A stretch of 61,804 bases of DNA, the filler included, from Jimgerdemannia flammicorona (Eukaryota): assembly GCA_003990765.1 (NCBI GenBank). It is 3 parts of 3 records of this genome, joined end to end, with 100 filler letters (N's around TTAATTAATTAA, not from the genome) between each part and the next. Parts side by side here need not be neighbours in the genome. Positions count along the whole stretch, not along the records: positions 1 to 20,537 come from RBNJ01001657.1; 2 more parts are not named here. One strand, given 5' to 3'. The position numbers were made by a program, and so were the translations under genes. The notes beneath the pieces were generated by a model, which saw nothing but the letters and a program-made list of their open reading frames with translations, did not search any database and had not been told where the DNA came from. This document shows, piece by piece, positions 1 to 13,021 of the stretch (position 1 is the first letter of the stretch; every line of letters begins with the position of its first letter).

Positions 1-672
1 TTTTTTTGAAGTATCATCTTGATCGGGAGGCTGAAGAGGCTCTGTTGTTCCCGACGGAGTTTGTGAATAAAGGGAACCGTATGTACCGTATCCCCAGATT
101 CGGCCGATAGTTCGGCTCCTAAGAAGAGAACGACACGTTTTCGAATCGCGAAGCAGATTATGAAACCGTGCGTAATTTTCCTTCGTATTGGTAGGTTTGG
201 TTGCATTCATGGATGGACTATTCGCTATTCCTGGGAGCAATTCAGGGGTGTTCATGGAGACGGGGTTGGAACTACCTGTCATTTATTCAAACATGTTGGC
301 TAGGTATTTATACAAGAAACTAGGCTGTTAAGCTACGTTTGGGTAAGGGACGTCGCGGTTTCGCCCTTGCTTAAGAGGCTCATCAGTTGGCTTAAAAGCA
401 ACCAAGACCGGCATAAGGAACCAGTCAAAAGGTTGAAAACACAGTGTGCGTATATAAGAGGAAAGGTGTCTATCAGGGAGGTCTCACCATGACGTCATGT
501 TTTAGTACGTCACTAGAGAACGGCATATTTTACAGTTCTGGCTTGTGATTGGCTATGATTAATGGCGTATACAAATATGGTCGCCAGTGGAAATTCTTGG
601 TTTGGGCACGCGTGACGTCCGCGCAAGCAGCACGACGCGCGAAAACATAACCAAAGTACTGTCGTCGCATTA

Positions 673-3653
673 ATGATGGAGCTCAGCGATTACTTCCGCG
701 ATACAGAACCCGAGGAGTGGAACCTCATTGGCTTTTATAAACACCGTCAACGAGAACCCGATTTCACGCGCGTGTTCCAGAAAGAGGCTTTCAAACTTCG
801 GAAAAGTCTTGATTACCTCCTGGAGAATGGCACGACAATTGCTAAAGCGCGTGCCGATCGGTTGATTAAGAGTCTAAAGGCAAGTGTTAAGCATTCATTT
901 TGTCGGGCATTAAAGAGGTAGTTTGGGATCTCCCCATGACTATGGGGAACATCTGCGTGTTGTACCCCTGATGATCTGCGTGTTCGTCGTGGTCTGGAGA
1001 GTTTCCACATGCTTCCATGGCTATGAGAGACAACTGTGCGCTGTCCCTCTGATGATCTGCGTGTTCGCCATGCTCTGCAGTGGAGACATAAATTCACACA
1101 ACTACGGAGGACAACCGCGTGCTGTCCTCTTTATGATCTGCGTGTTCGTTGTGGTCTGCCGCTTCGTTTTTTTATTTTATTTTATTTTTTTTTCAGATAA
1201 TGTCTCCTGGCTTTTTAAAATGTCACTGACATTCTGACTAATCTCATAAAAAGCAACATCGGAACAAGGATACGGACTCGAAGAAATTCTGGGACATCAT
1301 CGATTCACAATTAGTTATTGAGGTCGCAATTAAAGACAAGGAGAAGGAGATGCAGCTGGCCGAGGTAGGCGTTTCGCATTAGTATCCTAGCTTGGTGCAA
1401 ACGGCTAGATAATTGTTAACCACTTGCATTATTTCCTTTGTAGATTGGAGCAGCGTGCGGTGTTATGAAGAGGATCGGTGGAGCTCTGGTAGAGTAATGT
1501 TTCAAATGGATGATCAAAAACAAGCCTTGGTTTCTCCTGATTTATTTGCTCATGTTTTTGAGCATCTTCTTTATAGCAGAATGTGGGGAAAAGATCTGCG
1601 CGAGTGATGCAGGATGAACCGCTGCCCATTTCAAATGTAGCCTTTGATAAATCAAAAAAGGTAACACAAATTGGAATACTGCCCGTCGATGTTTTTAGTA
1701 TCGAAGAAATGACTTTTTGATCCACACAGGGTTTCTTTCATGTTACATAGATCAAACCGACGGTTTCCGAATCCGGACCCTTGCCAGACGAAGATCAAGC
1801 TGCGGAGGTATCCCCAGTCACTCAAAAATACTCAAATATTATAGCCGGAATAGTTGATGTTCGAGCGAATGATGAAGCTGCTCTTACTAAGTAAGTTTTC
1901 ATTTCGTCCTTTTGTTCTTGGCTTTGCATTCCTGCGATTTCTACACTGTTCTGACGTGATCTATTTATACTACGGTAGCCCCCTCTGGTGGGGTATTATC
2001 GATCTTCGGGAGGAGAGGGTGTCGCCATTGCCTGATCTCCCCCGCGCGAAGCAATTTCTTCCCGATGCGGAAGTCGACGAACTTAGGCAACTGGCCATTG
2101 CCGTCATCCTAGAGGAATCCTCTATTAACTTGTCCGCGGCGGCGCTTCTGGAAGCACTTACTCTCTCGGATATCATCAGCCTCCGCACCCTTGGCAGAGA
2201 AAATGGGGCCCGTGGAATTGCTGGAGTTTGCGCTTTACTTGAGAGCGAGAGTCGGACGAACGGACGGGCTGACGAGGAGTTCGATGTTCGATCGCAAATG
2301 CAACTCCTGTCGCAGCATCTGTTAAATGCACTGTCCCAGTCCGACTTCACGAAGGCCCAAAATCTCCATACTGACATCGGTTATCTACTTCAACGACGTG
2401 ATAAAGCACTTGATGAAGCCATAAAGGGATCTGAGGAATTCGATGACCGTGCGCGGGTACGGCAGGCATTGCCGAAAGTTAATGTGAATGACGACGATAC
2501 AGTTTATGTTGGAAAATGTCTGGAGGATGTGTAAGTACCTCACCATATTCTCTTTGTGAATTATTCTTCAATATTAACCGAGTCATTTGACTGATATCTA
2601 TCTAAAGGCACGCGTGGGTTCATGGGTACAACGGTGCCTCTACGTCGGAAAGGACGGTGGACATGCATTTGGTTGGACCGTTATCCAAAGCACCCAATAT
2701 TGTGTTCTCTTAGTAAGTAGTTCGTTTTTTCTTTCTCCTTTTGTCTGTGCCTTGTTCTGTCACGTACATTCAATAATAATTGGCCTTTGCATTGCAGCGG
2801 AGAAACCCACTCAGACGCCGATAGAGAAGAAAAGTCGTCACGGTCTGACTCCATCCGTTCTGGCAAACCTTGTGACTTCATTTTCTGGGTAAGCTTTTGT
2901 TCAATTTCACGGGGATTCGCACTCAATGTAGATGCTTGGGTTAACTAAGTGCAACTTCTTCCGCAGAGCCACGACCGAGAAGCTGGTGTCGGCGAGAACA
3001 CGGGTCCTAAGTACAAAGATCACCAGGACAAAGTCAAGACGGACTTCGTGGACATAATCAAAGTCGCTCGCGCACAACACATTAGGCTCCACACACAATG
3101 CATCGAACATAGTGGATGCAACCCTCTGCCGCTGACCCTTCATAACATCCTTACCCTGATCACCATGCCCTTTTTCCAAATTGTTGGCATGCGAATTCGA
3201 TTTTATATATTGATTCAAGTCAACGGAGATGTTTACGCGATATGGGAATGGGCGTCTGAGGACCTCCCAAAATATGATTCGGATCTCGGTGATGTAATCC
3301 TGCTTTGCAAAAGGTTCTTAACACATAGGGTGCGCTCTTTATTTGTTCTTTTTCTTTTTCTTTTTCGTATTACTTATAACGATTACTAATGCAGGGTTTT
3401 ATAGAACCTTCTGAATCGCGTAGGCCGGCTGAGTAACATTGTTATCAAGAAGGCTAAAATGATCAGAAACTCGATAAAATTGGCAGATACTTCGGAGAAC
3501 GTGGTATTAAACCAGATGCAAACTCCCACCAAGCCAAAGCCAAAAAGGTAGTGTATTTTATACCGTAGGAACCACGTTCTACTGCATTTGTTGTTAATTA
3601 CGTTTGGATTATTTGATGCTTCTAGAAAAGTTGCTGCAGGCAAAGACAAGTAG
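673..3653 (+). CDS. Multi-exon hypothetical protein, probably Crinkler-like with a C-terminal restriction-endonuclease-like domain
   Basis: Exons join in frame: 673-879 (GC donor AAG|GCAAGT), 1254-1364 (QHRNKDTDSKKFWDII...), further GT-AG exons, the long exon in ORF 1854-2534, the exon in ORF 2949-3389 and a last exon ending TAG at 3653. The motif CDFIFW...EAGVGENTG...K resembles the PD-(D/E)xK-like cores of CR-REase proteins. The family call is inference and internal exon boundaries are approximate. Confidence 0.55.
934..1159. repeat. Three imperfect 81-bp tandem repeats inside intron 1
   Basis: Core ATGATCTGCGTGTTCG occurs at 971, 1052 and 1133, an exact 81-bp period. Confidence 0.9.
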
Positions 3654-4470
3654 CAACGCGAGAAACACTGTTTCGTTTCAATTCAACAAGAGTGGTAATG
3701 TTTAGGGATGGGTTCTGAGAGTGGACAGCCAATACCAGGTAATATTTGCAGGCATTGTATATAAAATGCTCGAGAAGTGATCACTGTGTGTTAACCGAGG
3801 ATGGTGTACTTGACAGTCCCATCCATGGCTACGTAAATGTAGCGTTTTCTATCTAGATCAATGAACTCCTGTAACCCTCTACTTCATATTTCATTTTGCT
3901 TTCTTGTATCTTATGTCACGAAGAGGGAAATTCATTGTCGTGCAACGTATGCTCGCGACACGATACACAATATCTTAAAGGGTCTCTTGCACAATTCCAA
4001 ACGGTACTGAGAACGAAAACACTGGTACAAGCCAAAAGCTTGGACGTGGTAAAGAGCGCATCTGGGAAGGATTTCACGTTCATTGTGGATACCTGTAGTA
4101 ATTTTTTATGCTCCTACCTCGTCGTGTAATTTCTCGTTGATACTCACTTTTAGCAACCATTCTCGTTACCACGATAGATCACAAAACGTGGTGCAATTAC
4201 AAGCATCCTTGCAGGTAACCAAAAGCGATAATCGTATAGAGTTGCAACTGCCAACTTTTTCCATACACGATATGTAACATTGCTGCTGTTCGGCGCAGCT
4301 TCGTTTTATATTGCAACCACAGCTTTCGTTCCAATCTAAATTCAGGGAATAGAATTGTCCACTTTGATTTTCAGCATATCGCGTTCCTCCCATGGGTCGT
4401 GTCATGACAATGTGGCACAGCACATAAATTTGGGGATTTGTCACCTTCCCCCCTTCCACAGTTCTACCTC

Positions 4471-5352
4471 ATGCCCAACTACAACTATTACTCCGAGTCA
4501 GACTCTGCATCCGACTACTCCGAGGCATCGGAGTGCTCCGAGGCAGACTCTGATTCCGAGTGCTACTACTGCAAACCCTGTAACCGCTCCTTTGTCAATC
4601 AGAACGCTCTTGACAATCACCTGGCCAAAAACTCCTCCCACAATTACTGCCCATCGTGCAAACGCGACTTTTGCGATTCTCGTGCCCTTGACCAGCATCT
4701 CAACTCTGCTGTCCACCGTGGCAAAACTTTCAAGTGCCCTCTGTGTGATGCCATCTTCAATACTGTTAGCGGCCTTGGCCAACATATCGAAAACAATTGT
4801 ACCAACTTCCCTTTCACGCGCAAAGACATTCCAAAGCTAATCCAGATGGCTGAGAAGGTCATTGGCGCTCCAAACCTACTGACGTGCCCGCGCATTACAT
4901 ACGATGTTGACTCCAATAGCTACGCTACTGCCAAGACCAAGACCAAGACCTCTATCTCTACCCGGATAATCGTTTTTGACTCGGAGCATGCCCAGAATGG
5001 CGACGTTTACGAGTGCCCTCTCTGTGACCGCAGCTTTGGGACTTCCGCTTCCCTTGCTCAACACCTCGCCTCTTCTGTTCATGGATCCCCCGTTGCCGTC
5101 GTTGACGCAGACAAGGCCTGGGACGGTAGCTCCTTCGGGTGCTATCTTTGTAATCGCCGGCTGTTTACCCAAAATGCTCTCGAACAACACCTAAACTCGC
5201 TTGTGCATGATGCAAAAGAGCTCTGGTGTCGTGGCTGCGGTCATGAGTTCAAGGTCGTCTCTGCACTCGTCCATCACTTGGAGTCTGGCGTCTGCAAACA
5301 CGCCTCTAGCAGTATCAAAAGGGCGTTCAAGTATGCACTAACATCCATCTAG
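4471..5352 (+). CDS. Multi-C2H2 zinc-finger protein, single exon
   Basis: Repeated motifs CKPCNRSF...LDNH...H, CPSCKRDF...LDQHLNSAVH, CPLCDRSF...LAQHLASSVH, CYLCNRRL...LEQHLNSLVH and CRGC...HHLESGVC. The first ATG is at 4471. Confidence 0.9.
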   Translation: MPNYNYYSESDSASDYSEASECSEADSDSECYYCKPCNRSFVNQNALDNHLAKNSSHNYCPSCKRDFCDSRALDQHLNSAVHRGKTFKCPLCDAIFNTVSGLGQHIENNCTNFPFTRKDIPKLIQMAEKVIGAPNLLTCPRITYDVDSNSYATAKTKTKTSISTRIIVFDSEHAQNGDVYECPLCDRSFGTSASLAQHLASSVHGSPVAVVDADKAWDGSSFGCYLCNRRLFTQNALEQHLNSLVHDAKELWCRGCGHEFKVVSALVHHLESGVCKHASSSIKRAFKYALTSI

Positions 5353-5805
5353 CACAAGTCGTGATGTTACGATTATACGATACACTTTCTTACAAATGAA
5401 TATAAAGTATTTTCATTACAACTTGATTGTAGAAGAAGAATGGCATGTTTTATGTTTTATTTTGTATCCGTACTATAACTGATAAAATAAATTGCGATAT
5501 ATCAAACACGGCAAAGATTTCTGCAATAGAAAGTACGGTTAGTTAATGCTCTTTTCTCATTTCGCATAGGCTCACCTACAATTACTTAGTCACAAGCGCC
5601 ATTCTGTACACTCACTCCATCCGCAATCCAAATACAATTAGTAAGTATTCCTTGAACTATGTACTTTCCATGTACTTTCCACGTACTTGATGGAAGATGA
5701 GAGTCTTCGCAATTCTTTGACCCATAAATTAAGTGTTGAGGGTTATTCACGAGCAATGTTCTATTCGGTCACCGGTGGTGGGAGGGAACACGCGCTCCAA
5801 CATTA

Positions 5806-5808
<3 letters not shown>

Positions 5809-5856
<48 letters not shown>
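5809..5856. repeat. Poly(T) run of 48 nt
   Basis: Seen directly. Confidence 0.95.
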
Positions 5857-5858
<2 letters not shown>

Positions 5859-6270
5859 GCTATCGGCGTAGTGCCCAATCACTCGAACGCAAATCCGGAA
5901 TGTTCCAATCAGGATCGTCCGGTGGGATCCGGTGCGCAGCGGAAGGATTTTGGCAACTGAAGCTGCTTGCGATCATGCATTGACAAATAGAGAGCCACCG
6001 TATTTGCAGGGAATGTGGTGGAGTATTGAGCACGAGACTGTGGAGCAGCTGTACTTATAGGAGAGCGGTATCATCGAGCACCAGGTCAGGTCTAGTGCCC
6101 GTTAAGTAGGGAACTTTTAGGTGAAACTTAAACACGAGCTTCCTCAGCTTTCGTTGTAAATAGACCTTAGCATCATAATATTTGAAATTGCCAGGAAGGC
6201 AGAAATCAGGAGATAATGTAAATTCACGTTCACGTTGGCAGATATATTATCACTTCGATAGAGAACCCGC

Positions 6271-7523
6271 CTAAATTTTAGCCGCCCCCACCTTTCTCAC
6301 ACCATCCATCTCCTGCCATCTGACCTCCACCTCTTTCAACGCTGGAAAATTCTCTTTCAAAATCCTCGCACCCGCCGCCAATAACCCACGCACATCAAAC
6401 GACCGACGGTCCTGCCTCCACTTAATCGTGGGACTCAATTCCGTGACACAGGAAACAACTAGCTTCTCGAGCCCGCGGAACCTGGCAAACACCTGGGCCT
6501 GATCCTTGTGCACAACCATCTGCAGATACATGTACGACCAGCTGCTCCAAGCTCCCATCACCCGCACGCAGACGACCAGAATTAGCTCGTAGAGGTAGCG
6601 GCCAGAAGCTGGTAAGTGATGTCGTAACGCTGCGTATGGGAATAGGATTCTCACGAGGGGAGCTTCTGAAGTCGGCGATACAAAAGCTGCGCAAATTCGA
6701 CGTCTATTAGGAACAGGCCTGCCAGGGGCTGTGCCACCCAGTGAAAAGGGTAAGGAAAAGGCATACGATATTAGTCGCTAGTGTGGATCTGGCCCGGCTG
6801 GAAGGGTTTGCCAGTCAGCAGTATATACGCCGTGACGCGGTCAAGTGGCTAGTCAACGTGGAGGGTCTCGAGCGCCGAGAGGAAGGGGTGCAGCAAGGCG
6901 AGCTTTTCCTGTCTTTCGACGGTCTGGCCCGACATGTAGGCGAGAGTTTCGTCGAGGGAGTAGCGGAACTTGACACCCAGATGCCGTAGCATCCCTGGTG
7001 TGACGTGCTCGATCAGCTGGGCCTACCATTCAACCCCGGCATCAAACTCGAACCGTCGCAGGCCTGAACCGACGCATTCTAGAATCGCCAGCACCGCGTC
7101 TTTAATCTCGCCCATCCTGGGCTCGCTTAGAAATAAAAGGATATTGTTGAAATTACGGGTGAACATAGGACACGGAATCGCCGCCCGAAACGCGAAGAAC
7201 TACGTCACGCCGAGCGAAGACATGGGTTGTCGCGCGTACCACTGCACTGCACGCAAACCTTGCAGATCCTGCTCCGAATTTTCGGAACTCTTGAGAGTGA
7301 TCCTGACATGTCTCAACACCGTCCCCTCGAAGACGAACTGGCGCGAGATCTCAGATGGGGGCCATATCGTCGGCGACGACGTGTTAGAAGATGGCGAGGA
7401 TGGCATCAGGGACGTTAGTGTGCACGTATATATTGACACGGTTTTGAATGTGGCGCAGAGAAAATCAGGACTGCACACGCGATGATAGGCCACTAAATGG
7501 AGGCGAAAGAAATCCCCGTTCAT
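6271..7523 (-). pseudogene. Interrupted hypothetical protein (F-box/LRR-like C-terminus)
   Basis: Protein-like segments (LRHVRITL, LRRFEFD, LETLHV, LEKLVVS, FPALKEVEVRW) are broken by in-frame stops and frame changes that lack clear introns. Confidence 0.3.
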
Positions 7524-7759
7524 TTCTCACTTGTTTGATTCACGAACAATAAATTCAACCTTTGAACAAATGCTGCGTGACCTTATCATGATGTGCAAGT
7601 AACATCCACCTCAAGGAAACGAAGAAACTTTTCATTAGTTCACAGCTGGAATATGTAACACCACTTACTACACTGTTCAACACGACACCCACCCCCTTCT
7701 GTCCCATCAACCACTCTCTCTTTTTCCCATCTAACCCCCCCCCCTCTCATATAGCCACA

Positions 7760-10041
7760 CTACTCCGCCACCACCGCCTCCGTCTGAACAGCATTATTAG
7801 CCGCCGCGGCCTCGCGCTTCTCGATCGTCGAGGCAAGGACTTGCGAGCGGAACGAGAGACCCTTGGTGCGCTCGATGACGTTCTGATAGATAGAGGTGAT
7901 GGGAGTATTCATGATGACCGTGTTCTGTGTTTCGAAAAGGTTGGATGATGTAGAAAAGTGAGTCGATGAGATTAAAATGGTGATTCGGGATATCGGGATA
8001 AGAACAATGTGGATGGGGACCGAGTGTCTCACCTCCTCGAAATCGATCTTGGCGTCTACGCGAGTATCTCGGATCAGGTTCACAATCCATTTCTCACCCT
8101 CTTCCTGGTTCAGGTTGAGAGTCTGTGATAGCTCACTGTGGAAAACGAAGAGAAGAGATATTTGTTAGAACAGATATAGACAAAAAAAAAAAAAAGCATG
8201 ATCCGCATCACCGATGCCGATAATGAAACCCTGCTGAGTGAATCCAGCGCCCAACAACCCAACCCAACCTACCGAATATCAATTTTTTGATGTATCCTGC
8301 AATACGTCTCCGAGATGAATTGCCTTGCGTTTTCCATGAAATCCTCCTGCGCGGCGACGAGGAAGAAGTCGTTCCCGAGGACCTCTTGGCACTCCTTGAG
8401 TTTTCTCTGTGCGCCTTCGAAGTCAAATGCGACATAGAGGGCCTCAACGAACTCGGTGATGGGATCGCGGTACTCGTAGGATTCCTGCTGGAGAACTTTG
8501 ACGAGCTCCTTCATGTACGACTTGCGACGCTTATTGGTCACCACGGCCGTGGTGAGGTAGCGCAGAATCCACGGACACGACGTCTGGATCGTGTTGAGGT
8601 AGGCCGCCGAGAAGAACATGTCGACAATCCCATCCCGACCCTTAGGATGGTTGAAGAAGACGAAAAGCGACCAGTGGATGAGCCAAGTGCGTTGTTGGAG
8701 CTGATGGAGAGGAGAAGTGAAGTTCTGAAGTAAGAGGCCAAGATGGAGGTGTCAGATTAATATAAGCGTATACGGGTATATGAGTGCAAATGAAATCTCC
8801 AAAAATAGAATGCGTGCAAGCCCCACCTTTTGATCGATGGCCTCCCTGAGTTTCTGCATCTCCTCGAGCGCGGCGTCCCAATTACCCGTCAAAATTTCGG
8901 AGGCGAGCTTGCCCCACAGTGCAGACAGATTGAGCTCGTGGTCGGTTGACTAATGGAATGGGCGTACCATGGATAACGATTGGTATATAAGAATGCCACT
9001 ACATGGGTCACAGGTGATTGATCGAATCCCCATGACATTAATGCAAAACGGAGTACGAGCAGGAAAATCCGGATTCGCTCCACTCATTTCTCAACGACGC
9101 CTCCCAACCTCGCAATTATCAAACCACGATCCCTACACCCAACTCAATAGCCCCCCAGTTTTGACTACTCACCAATACTCGGAAATGGTAGAGCATATCG
9201 GCGGCACCTCCGTAGTTGCCGCAGTTGTATTGAAATTGGCCATACTGGTACAAGGTCTGAATCATCTCATTGTCAAACTGGAAAAGTGGGGGGATGAATT
9301 AATGGATTGAGTACGCGGTTGGCATTGCGAAATGAAGCTGTTCACGCTGGCATACGCGTCATGTCCTTGCTCAACACTCTATGGTCTGTTGCCTCTCAAC
9401 ACCCAAGCACCACGATCTCTTCTCTAAACCACCCTACTTCCTAAAACGTACATTGTAGCTTTCCTTCAAAAACTGCAGGTTTTGCAGTTTGTCCTGCCGT
9501 AAGGCGGCAATGACCTCGGGATTCTCAATGACGTCCATGACCTTTTGCGCCTGCTCTTGGAGGACCTCGAGCTGGGCGAGAACGTTTTCGCGTTTCACGG
9601 CAAATTCTGAAAGATTGGAAGACACGGCCGGATTGAGTATTTTGGCAAGCACTAGTTATTTCTTTGGTTCTCATCGTTTCTGGCTAAACTTCCCGTCTCC
9701 CTTCTCGCACCTAACGACAATCCACAGATTTGGAAATAGAGGACGGACCTTGCGGAATGTCCTCTGTGTCGTGGATCTGCTGGTATAGCTGGGTGACGAA
9801 ATCGACCATGTTGGTCTTCGATAGTAAGTCATATTTGGCCTTGATCAGGTCTTCGAAAGCGTAGACCTGGACGAGCAAAAATTCATGAGTATTAGAGAGA
9901 GCAGTCCTGGATTCCGGCGACACGAAGCGGAACTGTTGGGACAAGTACCTCTTTGAGAGTCAAGAATTCGAGGAGAGGAAAAACAAGGTGCCTATCAAGG
10001 AAAGACACCATACGCGGGGTGAGGTCGTACTTGGACGCCAT
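7760..10041 (-). CDS. EIF3E: Eukaryotic translation initiation factor 3 subunit E (INT6), multi-exon
   Basis: Exon 1 (9949-10041) reads [27 protein letters not shown]. Later exons give [88 protein letters not shown] and [16 protein letters not shown], all canonical eIF3e motifs. Confidence 0.97.
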
Positions 10042-10326
10042 TTTATTTTGTATCCGGAGAGGCGAGATGTACGCCTCTGCGATGCTCCTCAAACAAATTG
10101 TGTGCAGTGAAGATTTTGCATGGTGGCTGACTTTCACGGGACCAAGGAGTGACGTCCCCAGTGTCCAATTCGGGTATCGCGAGCAAAAGAGTCGCATTCC
10201 CCGTCTTACTACCTCCTCTTTTTCAATCCACTTAGGAGTGTGCTTTAGGTCCATACTCTGTTTATTGGTGGGTAAATATTCTTTAACACACCCCCTCCCC
10301 TTCTCCCCTCCCCCCACGGCGGATTT

Positions 10327-10388
10327 TGGATGGATAGTTCGGTTGTGTGGATGGATGGATTGATGGCTGGATGGATGGATGGATGGAT
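10327..10388. repeat. Imperfect (GGAT)n microsatellite in the divergent promoter
   Basis: Seen directly. Confidence 0.85.
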
Positions 10389-10773
10389 CGCAGGAAGCGT
10401 GTAGTTATGATGAGAGAGAAATGAGCAAGGGCGGGGAGACGTTTGGATCAATTGACGTGGATCGGCGAAATGGACTTTTGTACCATTGCGAGACATCTGA
10501 ATCGCGAATTCGTAATGACGACAATCGCCCCTCCCCCCCAGTTTGTTCGTCAACAACGGTGCCTTCAACACAATCCATTGAATATGCAGCCAACAACGAC
10601 ACGCGAAGCTCGTCGTCCATAATGATGCATGTTTCGAGGGTTGAAAGAGGGCGGGGAGAAGGAATCGCGCGGAAGAGCTCTACATTTGGGGCAGAACGCG
10701 ACCGATAACTCAAGTATCTAATCGTTACTTCCTAAACCTCCTTGACTCCAGTGGTCGGATACATACCATCATA

Positions 10774-11802
10774 ATGCCCCACAAACCCAGAAACAGTCTC
10801 CTCGTTTCCGGCATCCACCGGCTGACCCGGTCGCAGGTGTACATCAAGAGGGCGCTCTACAAGCGCAAGAAGACAACGCACGCCGCGCCGGCCAAGACCG
10901 GCCCCGGCCACAAGACGGTTGAGGTGAAGGGCGATAAGAACGGAGGAAAGCGCTTGGTTCCGGAGGTGAAGGCGCCGCGCTTCTACCCTGCCGAGGATGT
11001 GCCAAAGGCCAAGAAGGCGCGCAAGCCGTTCAAGGCCGAAAAACTGCGCTCCAACATCTCCCCAGGCACCGTCCTCATCCTGCTCGCGGGAAGGTACCGC
11101 GGCAAGCGCGTCGTCTTCCTTAGGCAACTCCAAAGCGGTCTTCTGCTCGTCACCGGGCCCTTCAAGGTCAACGGCGTCCCGCTCAGGCGCGTCAATCAGG
11201 CCTATGTCATTGCTACCTCGACCAAGATTGACATCTCGGCTGTCAAGGTGTGTGGATGGGTGGTATTTTGGGTGTGGAAGATTTATCGGTGGGTGGATTT
11301 GGGAAGGTTATCATGGCGTTGGTAAGAAGGCAGATAGAGGATGTGTTTTGAAGGAATATCTGCGAGTTTTTATGATCAGAAGGGATTATTCATTGGTATT
11401 TCGACGATTCTCATCTTCAATACGGTTTTCAATCAGATTGAGGAGAAGTTCGACGATGCCTACTTTAAGAAAGAGAAGGCGACGAAGAAGAAGGGCACCG
11501 AGGAGGAGTTCTTCGCCGGTGACAAGGTATATATATTACCACTTTCGATCGAATATTGCCATCTCACTACGACATGCGTCCCATTTTTCCCAACATCATC
11601 TTATTCACCTGTGTTGTAATCTCTTTCTCGCCCTACCAACTCACAGGAGAAGACCCCATTCCCCGAGACCAAGGCCACCGACCAGAAGGCAATTGACAAG
11701 GCGATTCTGGCCGTGGTGCATTCAGTCCCGCACCTCCGCTCGTACCTGAACTCCTCATTCTCCCTGTCCAAGGGTCAGTTCCCTCACGCCCTGCAGTTCT
11801 AA
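10774..11802 (+). CDS. RPL6: 60S ribosomal protein L6 (eL6); exons 10774-11247, 11437-11526, 11647-11802
   Basis: Motifs PRFYPAED and [55 protein letters not shown]-terminal [19 protein letters not shown]. The GT-AG introns join in frame. Confidence 0.98.
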
Positions 11803-12229
11803 ATAGCGAACTTGTTTTTTTTTAATAGAACCCTGGGAGTCGAAGCCAAAACAAACCAAAAAGAGTTCGGCAAAAAACGACGAGAGCGCGTCCCGCTTGT
11901 TTTGTCCTCGTGTGGTGTGTGTGCGTGTTGTGTGTGTGTAGGCTGCGGTATCCGTTTGGCGTGGCCGATTAAACGCAATAAACCATGTAGTCTCCAAGCA
12001 GTAGGAGGTTGGGGAATTTTACATATGGAGCGTGGATTTGCGCAAGCGACACTGTGTGGTACCGATCACGGGACTTCGTCTACCTTGCAGATTCCACTGA
12101 CAAGATACTCGTCGCTATTCCTCCCTTTCGCCATCACCGGTCTTGGAAAGCAATTGTTAAACGGAATCGAAACCTATTGCTACTGGTTCAGCCGATTTAG
12201 CAGATGAACCAGGCAGAAAATCATTCCCT

Positions 12230-12570
12230 TAATAATAATAGTGGGGTAGACTAGCTAAGAATGATAACCTTATTATCGAGCTGTCAATAGTATTTATAGT
12301 CAATTCTAAAATTAAATTAGTATTTATATAAACTTAATCATATAATTATAAAAAAAAATCAAAGTTGTATATAATATTTTTTTAGTTCTGTATAGTAGAC
12401 TTTAATAATAATTGATTAAATAAATAAATATATTATAATAGTAAATTTAATAATAAAATCTTTAAATTAAAAACTTAATTCAATTTAATTTATTAAAATA
12501 TATATACTATCTAAAAATTATTAAGTTAAAAAAAAAAAAATATACATACTTCATTTTCAGCAATATTATT
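12230..12570. repeat. Extremely AT-rich island, probable end-stage mutated repeat relic
   Basis: Abrupt compositional shift, TA-rich, almost no CpG. The origin is inferred. Confidence 0.45.
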
Positions 12571-13021
12571 TTCTGAAGTCAGATGTCGAGCTTAAAAGGA
12601 ACTATTCAAACAAATGCTGATAATTCACAAAAAAAAAAAAAAAATAAAAAAAAAAAAAAAAAGGGGGTGGGGGATTTTTTTTTTTTTTTTCTGAAAAGAG
12701 CAAGAGCAAGGGAGGTTTTTAAAGAATTTGTATTCAACATGAATAAGAATACCAACCCAATTTTAAATGTTATCCGAAACAAAGTGGTGTGAATGGTGAT
12801 GAATATACTAATGGATTGAAGTTTTTCAACAGATAACACTACACAAACTACAAGGGATGAAAACGGTTCGATACACGAGACTCAATTCGACATGTACATT
12901 CACATCATAAGCACGTTTTGTAAACAACGGTGCCCCCTACTCGTTCCCGCAACCGGGATGGCCTTCAATCGCACGACTAAGACCAACCAGGTCATCATCA
13001 AAATAAAGAGCACGGCCATTA

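Noticed and set aside
934..1159. CRISPR array, hammerhead or C/D snoRNA cluster (CTGATGA)
   Set aside because: The whole units are homologous with no unique spacers, there is no GAAA core and no properly placed D boxes, and the context is eukaryotic.
10407..10500. C/D snoRNA (ATGATGA...CTGA)
   Set aside because: No terminal stem and no rRNA guide that I can recognise.
12628..12690. A-tract/G-tract/T-tract hairpin or terminator
   Set aside because: Low-complexity sequence in a eukaryote with no other support.
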